In this document: in pieces, positions 56,101 through 64,000 of the stretch
Numbering within the stretch: the stretch's first letter is position 1
Layout of the letters: the number at the start of each line of letters is the position of its first letter
Origin: the human T2T-CHM13v2.0 reference genome, Homo sapiens
DNA length: 64,000 nt
Assembly: GCF_009914755.1 (NCBI RefSeq)
Contig: NC_060940.1
Direction: 5' to 3' (one strand)
Translations under genes and position numbers: made by a program
The notes under the pieces: model-generated
Database searches by the model: none
What the model saw: only the letters and a program-made list of their open reading frames with translations
What the model was told of the DNA's origin: nothing

Positions 56101-58951
56101 CGATGATGATTCCATTCCAGTCCATTCGATCATTCCACTTGATTCCATTTGATGACTATTCCATTCAAATCCATTTGATGATTCCATTCGATTCCATTCG
56201 ATGTTACCATTCGAGTATATACGATGATTCCACTCGATTCCATTTGATGATTATTCCATTGGAGTCCACTTAGTGAATCCTTTAGATTCTACTCGAAGAT
56301 GATTCCATTCGAGTCCATTCGATGATACCATTCAATTCCATTCGTTGATGCTTCCATTCAAGTGCATTCGATGATATCATTCGATTCCATTTGATGATAA
56401 TTCCATTTGATTCCATGTGATGATTCTATTCCATTCCATTCAATGATAATTCCATTCAATTCAGTGATTCCTCTGGACTCCATTTGATGATGATTCCATT
56501 CAATGATTCCATTCGATTCTATTCGAAAATGATTCCATTTGAATCCATTTGATGATGATTCCATTAGATTCCATTTGATGATTCCATTCGATTCCATTCG
56601 ACGATGATTCCATTCGATTCCATTTGATGATTCCATTCTATTCTATTCGATGATGATTCCATTCGATTCCATTCGATGATGATTGGATTCGATTCCATTT
56701 GATGATTTCATTTGATTCCATTCGATGATGATTTCGATCAATTCCATTCGATGATTCCATTCGATTCCATTCGATAATGATTACATCCGAGTCCATTCGA
56801 TGATTCCATTTGAGCACGTTTGATAATTCCATTTGAGTCCAATCAATGATTCCATTCATTTCCATTCAATGATTCCATTCGAGTCCATTTGATCATTCTG
56901 GTAGGGTCCGTTCAATGTTGATTCCATTGGAGTGCATTCGATGATTCCATTCGAGTCCATTTTAGGATTTGATTCGAGTACTTTCGATGATTCCATTCGA
57001 TTCCACTCGATGCGATGATGATTTCATTCGAGTCCATTCGACACTTCCAATCGATTCCATTTGAAGTTTCCGTTCGAGTCCAATTGATGATTCCATTCAA
57101 TTCCATTCGATGATGATTCCGTACGATTCCATTCTGTGATGATTCCATGTGATTGCATTCAATGATGATTCCTTTCGATTGCATTCGATTATGATTCATT
57201 TCGTGTTCATTCTATGGTTCCACAGGTTTCCATTCGTGTCCATTCCATTATTCCATTCTATTCCATTTGATGATGATTCCATTCGATTCCATTCATTGGT
57301 GATTCCACTCAATTCCATTCAATGATTCCATTCCATTTCTTTCAACAATGATTCCATTAGTTTCTAATCGATGATCCACTGGATTCCATTTGACGACGAT
57401 TCCATTCTTGTCCATTCGATGATTCCATTTGATTCCATATGATGATGATCCCATTCGATTCCATACGATGATGATTCCACTCGAGTCCATTCAATGGTGA
57501 TTCCATTCAATTCCATTCGATGATTCCTTTCGATTCCATTTGATGATGATGGCATTCGATTCCTTTCAATCATTCCCTTTGATTCCACTCAAAGGAGATT
57601 TCATTCAAGTCCATTCGATAATTGCATTCGATTCCATTCTATGATGATTCCATTCGAGTCCATTTGATGATTCCATTCAATTCAAGTCAATGATGATTCC
57701 ATTCGATTCCATTCGATGATTCCATTGGATTCCATTCGATGATGATTCCATTCAAATCCATTCGATAATTCAATTCACGTCCATTCGATGATGATTCCAA
57801 TCGAATCCATTCAAAGATTCCATTCAATTCCATTCGATGATTCCCTTAGATTCCATTCGATGATTCCACTTGATTCCATTTACGATGATTCCATTCGATT
57901 CCATGTGATGATTCCATTCAATTCTATTCAATGATGTTTCCATTTGATTCCATTCGACCATGATTGCCTTTGATTCCATTCAATGATTCCATTCGGTTCC
58001 GTTTGATGATGATTCCGTTCGATTCCATTTGATGATTCCATTTGATTCCATTGGATGAGTCCATTCGATTACATTCGATGATTATTCCATTCGAGTGCAT
58101 TAGATGATTCCATTCGAGTCCATTCGATGATTCCATTCGAGTCCATTCGATGATTCCATTCGATTCCATTCGATGTTGATTCTGTTCAAATCCATTCGAT
58201 GATTCCACTCGATTCCATTCGATGACTCCATTTGATCCCATTCGATGATTTCCTTTGATTCCCTTTGATGATCATTCCATTTGATACAATTCGGTGATTT
58301 CATTTGATTCCATTCAGTGATGTTTCCATTCGACTCCATTCGATGATGATTCCATTCGACTCCATTCGATTATGATTTCATTCAATTCCATTCGATAAAG
58401 ATTCCCTTCGAGTCCATTCGATGATTCCATTCGATTCCATTCAACGATGATTTGATTCGTGTCCATTCGATGATTCCATTTGATTCCACTTGATGAGGAT
58501 TCCATTCGAGTCCATTTGATGATTCCATTCAATTCCATTCTCCGATGATTTCTTTTGAGCCCATTCAATGCTTCCACTCGATTACATATGATGATGACTC
58601 CATTCGATGAAATTCGATGATGATTCCATTCGCTTGCATTCGATGATGATTCCACTTGTGTCCGTTAGAAGATTCTATTCAATTACATTCCATGATGATT
58701 CTGTTCGAGTCCATTTGATGATTCCATTAGACTCCATTCGACGATGATTCCATTCAATGTTATTCGATGATTCCATTCGATCTCATTCGATGATGATTCC
58801 ATTCAACTCCATTCGATGTTTCCATTCGAGTTCATTCTATTATTCCATTAGATTCCATTCGATGATGATTCCATTCGATTCCATTTGATGATTGCATTCT
58901 ATTTCATTTGATGATGATTCCATTCGAGTCCATTCGATGATTCCATTCGAG
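47127..58951 (+). repeat. 11,825-bp long higher-order HSat2 unit, complete copy
   Basis: Marker at 47127 and 58952. ORF offsets are 47479->59304 (11825), 49823->61652, 50121->61950 and 50931->62760 (11829). Confidence 0.9.
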
Positions 58952-61900
58952 TCCATTTAATGAATCCATTGGTTTCAATTCTATGATGATTATATTGGAT
59001 TCCATTCGTTGATGATTTCATTCGATTCCATTCAATGATGATTCCATTCAATTCCATTCAATGATTCCATTCAATTCCATACGATGATGATTCCATTTGA
59101 TTTGATTCGACAGTGAGCCATTCGATTCAATTCCATGATGATTCTATTTTATTCAATTGGTTGACATTTCCATTCGATTCCATTCGATGATGATTCCCTT
59201 TGATTCCATTCAAAGATGATTCCATTCTAGCCCATTCAATCATTCCATTCGATTCTATTCAATGATGATTCCATTCATGTCGATTTGGTGATTCCATTTG
59301 ACTTCATTTGATGATGATTCCTTTCAAGTTCATTAGATGATTCCATTCGATTCCATTTGATGATGATCCCATTCGAGTCCATTCAGTGATTCCACTCGTT
59401 TCCATTCCATGATGATTCCATTCCATTCCATTCAATGATTCCATTCGATTCCGTTTGATGATGATTTCATTCGAGTCCATTTGATGATTCCAGTTGATTC
59501 CATTCGATGATGATTCCATTCGAGTCCATTCGATGATTCTATTCGAATCCATTTGATGATTTCTTTTGATTATATTTGGTGATGATTCCATTGGAGTCCA
59601 TTCAATGATTCCATTCGATTCCAATCGATGGTGATTCCATTAGAGTCCATTTAATGATTTCATTTGATTCCAGTCTCTGATGATTACATTCGAGTCCATA
59701 CGATGATTCCACTCAATTCCATATGATGATGATTCCATTCGATTCCATTCGATGATTCCATTCTATTCTATTCAATGGTGATTCCATTCGAGTACATTAG
59801 ATGACTCCATTCGATTCCATTCAATGATGATTCTATTTGTGTCCCTTAGATGATTCCACATGATTCCATTAGATGATGATACTATTTGAGCCCATCCAAT
59901 GATTCCCTTCGATTCCATTCGATGAGGATTCCATTCGATTCAATTCATTGGTGATTCTATTCAATTCAATTCTTTGATTCCATTCCATTCCATTCGACAA
60001 TGATTCCATTCGATTTCTTTCGATGATTCCACTCGATTCCACTTGACATTGATTCCATTCGATTCCATTCAATGATTCCATTTGATTCCAGTGGATGATG
60101 ATTGCCATCGATTCCATTCGATCACTCCATTCTATTCCATTTGATGATGATTACATTCGATTCCATTTGATGATTCCATCTGATTCTATTCGAGGATTCC
60201 ATTTGATTCCATTCGATGATGATTCCATTCGAGTCCATTCGATGATTTCATTCGAGTACATCCAATGATTCCATTCGAGTCCATTTGATGATTCCATTTG
60301 ATTCCATTTGATAATGATTCTACTAGAGTCCATTCAATGACTCCATTGGAGTCCATTCAACAATTCCATTCGACTCCATTCGATGATTCCATTCGATTCC
60401 ATTTGATGATTCCATTCGAGTCCATTTAATCATTACAGTCGAGTCCATTTGGTGATTCCACTGGATTTCTTTTGATAATGATACCATTCCATTACATTTG
60501 ATGATGATCCCATTCAATTTCATTTGATGATGATTCCATTAGAGTCCATTCCATGATTTCATTCGAGTCCCTTCATTGATTCCATCCGATTTCATTTCAT
60601 GATGACTCCATTCGAGTCCATTCGATGATTCCACTCGATTCCATTAGATGATTCCATTGGAGTCCATTTGATTGTTCCATTCGATTCCATTCGATTCCTT
60701 TCGAAGATTATTCCATTTGAGTCGATTCGATGATGATTCCATTCCATTCCATTCGATGATTCCGTTTGATTCCATTCGATGATTCCCTGCGATTCCTTTC
60801 TATGATGATTCCATTCCATTCCATTCAATGATTCCATTCGAATCTATTCCATGATGATTCCTTTCGTTTCCATTCGCTGATGTTTCCATTCAATTCCGTT
60901 CGATGATGATTCCATTCGATTCCATTCATTGAGGATTCCATTTGATTCCATTCAATGATGATTCCATTCTATTCCATTCAATGATTGCATTCAATTCCAT
61001 TCAATGATTATGCCGTTAGAGTAAATTCAACGATTCCATTCAATACCATTCGATGATGATTCCTTTTGAGTCCATTCAATGATTTCATTCAAGTCCATTT
61101 GATGATTCCTTTCAATTCCATTCCATGATGATTCCATTCGAGTCCATTCGATGATTCCATTCGATTACATTCGATGATTCCATTATATTCCATTCAACGA
61201 TGATTCCATTCGAGTCCATTCGATGATTCCATTAGAGTACATTTAATGATTGCTTTGTTTTCAATTCGAAGATGATTACATTGGATTCCATTCTAAGATT
61301 CCATTCGATTCCATTCATTGATGATTCCACCCAATTCCATTCGATGATGATTCCATTCGATTTCATTCAATGATTCCACTCGATTCCATTCAATGATTAT
61401 TCAATTCTATTCCGTTTGATGATTCCATTAGATTCCATTCTATGATGATTCCGTTCGAGTCCATTCGAAGGTTCCATTCGATTACATTCCATGACGATTC
61501 CATTCGAGTCCATTCGATGATTCCATTTGAATCCATTCGACGATGATTCCATTTGATGCTATTCGATGATTCCATTGGATTCCATTCGATGATGTTTCCA
61601 TTCGACTTGATTTGATGATTCTATTTGACTCCATTCGGTTATTTTATTAGACTACATTCGATGATGATTCCATTCGATGCCATTCAATGATTCCATTTGA
61701 TTCCACTCAATGATGATTGCATTCGTGTCCATTCGATGATTCCATTTGGTTCCATTTGATGATGATTCCATTCGAGTCCATTCGATGATACCATTCAATT
61801 CCATTCGATGATCATTCCATTCGAATCCATTTGATGATTCCACTCAATTCCATTTGATGACTCCTTTCATTCCCATTCGATGATTCCCTTCAGTTCCAAT

Positions 61901-64000
61901 TGGATGATCTTTCCATTTGATTCAATATGGTGACTCCATTCTATTATATTCAATGATGATTCCATTCGACTCCATTAGATGATGACTCCATTCCATTCCA
62001 TTCGATTGTGATTTCATTCGATTCCATTCGAAGATGATTCCATTCGAGTCCATTTGATGATTCCATTCGATTCCATTCAATGATGATTCCACTCAAATCC
62101 ATTGGATGATTCCATTCGTTTCCAATCGGTGATTTCATTAGATTCCATTCGAGGATGATTCTATTCGAGTCCATTCAATGATTCCATTGGATTCCGTTTG
62201 ATAATGATTCCATTAGAGTTCATTCGATGATTCCCTTCGAGTCCATTCGATTATTCCTTTTGATTCCATTTGATGATGATTCCATTCGATTCCATTCAAT
62301 GATTCCATTCCATTCCATTCGATGATGATTCCATTCGATAATGATTACATTCGAGCCCATGTGATGATTCCATTAGATTCTATTCAATGATGATTCCATT
62401 CGACCACATTCGATGATGGCATTCGAGTCCATTCGATGATTTCACTCGATTCCACTTGATGATGATTCCTTTTGAGTCCATTTGATGATAACATTCGAGT
62501 CCATGAGATGACTCCATTCGATTCCATTTCATGATGATGCAATTCGAGGCTATTCGATCATCCCATTTCAGTGCATTCGGTGATTCTCTTTTATAACATT
62601 CGATGAGGGCTCCATTCGAGTCCATTCAATGATTCCATTAGATTCCACTCGATGATGATTCCATTTGAGTCCATTCAAAGATTCCTTTCGAGTCCATTCG
62701 ATAATTCTATTGGATTCCACTAGGTGATGATTCCTTTCGAGTCAATTCGATGATTCCTTTCAAGTGCCTTCAATGATTCCATTCGATTCCATTCGATGAC
62801 GATTCATTTCAAGTCCATTCAATGGTTCCATTCTGTTGAATTTGATGGTTCCATTTGATTCCATTCGATGATGATTCCATTCGTGTCCATTGGATGATTC
62901 CATTCGATTCCTTTCGAGGAAGATTCCATTCGACTCCATTCGATGATTCCGTTCGATTCCATTCCATGATGATTCCATTTGATTCCATTCCATGATTCCA
63001 TTCGATACCATTCGATGATGATTCCATTCGACTCCATTTGATGAATCCATTCAATGCTTCCATTCGAGTCCATTCGATGATTCCATTCGATTCCATTCCA
63101 TGAAGATTCCATTCGAGTACATTTGATGATTCCATTTAATTCCATAGGATGATGATTCTATTAGGGTCCGTTGACTATTCCATTCCATTCCATTCGAAGA
63201 TTCCATTCGAGTCCACTCGATGATTCTATTTGATTCCATTTGATAATTCCATTCGATTCCATTTGATGTTGATTCCATTCGAGTCCATTCGATCATTATT
63301 ACATTTGATTCTATTCGATGATTCCATTCGATTCCATTTGATGAGGATTCCATTCGAGACCATTTGATGATTCCATTCAATTCATTTGATGATGATTCCA
63401 TTCAATTCCATTGGATGATTCCAATATTTTCCATTAGATGATGATTCCATTCGATTCCATTCAATGATGATTCCATCAGAATCCATTCGATGATGACTCC
63501 TTTTGCTTCCATTCAATGATCATTACATTCGGTTCCATTCGATGATGATTCCTTTGGATTCCATTCGATGATGCTTCCATTCGATTCCATTTGATGATGA
63601 TTCTTTTCGATTCCATTTGATGATGATTCCATTTGATTCCATTCGATGGTGATTCCATTTGATGATTCCATTCGATTGTATTCGATGACGATTCCACTCG
63701 ATTCTATTTGATGATGACTGCATTCGATTCCATTCGATGATGATTCTGATCAATTGCATTCGATGATCCATTCGATTCCATTTGATGGTTCCATTTGATT
63801 CCATTTGATAATGATTCCTTTCGAGTCCATTCGATGATTCCATTTGCGGATATTCGATAATTCCATTTGAGTCCAACCGATGATTCCATTCGAGGCCATT
63901 CAGTCATTCTTTTTGAGTCCTTTCGATAAAGATTCCATTTTAGTCCATTCAATAATTCCACTGGAGTCCATTCGATGATTGCTTTTAATTCTATTCGATG
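58952..64000 (+). repeat. 11.8-kb long unit, next copy (partial, runs off the window)
   Basis: Collinear with 47127 to about 52170, including long-unit-specific sequence (GGTTATTTTATTAGACTACATTCG, GATGAGGGCTCC, CATTTGCGGATATTCG). Small indels of +4, +25 and -23 bp. Confidence 0.9.

Larger units (their letters stand above)
1..64000 (+). repeat. HSATII: Human satellite II (HSat2/HSATII) pericentromeric array, CATTC strand on +; probably the HSat2B chr16-type array
   Basis: Continuous CATTCGATTC/CATTCGAGTC plus GATGAT(GAT) motifs form 23/26-bp units from end to end. Abundant CATTCGATTC and TCGA distinguish it from simple (CATTC)n HSat3. No non-satellite sequence or strand switch was seen. The subfamily and chromosome call rests on the 6112-bp period and recalled literature. 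Confidence 0.97.

Noticed and set aside
49470-56230. Possible transposon or unique-sequence insertion explaining the longer unit
   Set aside because: The extra sequence is all HSat2-like. No poly(A) tail, Alu/L1 sequence or target-site duplication is visible.
47127-58951. Long unit as a simple dimer of the 6.1-kb unit
   Set aside because: Its length is 11,825 rather than 12,224 bp, and unit landmarks such as GGTTCCACAGG and GTCCGTTAGAAG occur only once per long unit.
353-63961. Numerous short minus-strand ORFs of 60-153 aa (MESNGIIEWNRM-like peptides)
   Set aside because: They are translations of the GAATG strand, which is rich in ATG and poor in stops. They overlap in several frames, are low complexity, recur at the repeat period and gain or lose stops freely between copies.
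1-64000. CRISPR-like array suggested by 23-26-bp repeats
   Set aside because: There are no unique spacers, leader or cas genes, and the units are contiguous and degenerate.
1-64000. Satellite III (HSat3) or alpha-satellite assignment
   Set aside because: Pure CATTC runs seen are only 3-4 copies long and CATTCGATTC/GATGAT dominate. No 171-bp monomer or CENP-B box was noticed.
1-64000. Inversion or strand switch within the array
   Set aside because: No GAATG-oriented tract was seen on +, and the ORF strand bias is constant across the window.

Overview
The whole 64 kb is one uninterrupted eukaryotic pericentromeric satellite array: human satellite II (HSATII/HSat2), CATTC strand on +. It is built from CATTC-derived 23-bp and 26-bp units such as CATTCGATTCCATTCGATGAT(GAT)TC. 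I see no credible genes, RNA genes, mobile elements or CRISPR array, and the ORF track is a by-product of the repeat. Positions 1 to about 36,074 are near-identical tandem copies of a ~6.1-kb higher-order unit (6060, 6060, 6112, 6112, 6030 bp and a truncated sixth copy). That period fits the HSat2B array of human 16q11.2, an assignment I make from recalled knowledge and have not verified. From about 34 kb the array is more diverged and rearranged, and from about 46-47 kb it switches to an ~11.83-kb tandem unit. The main observation is that the 6112-bp unit is collinear with the 11,825-bp unit and equals it minus four internal blocks (about 758, 2013, 105 and 2832 bp), so the window may capture an ancestral long unit beside its deleted, recently amplified derivative. 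All alignments were done by eye and from ORF-track offsets. I found no protein-coding system.
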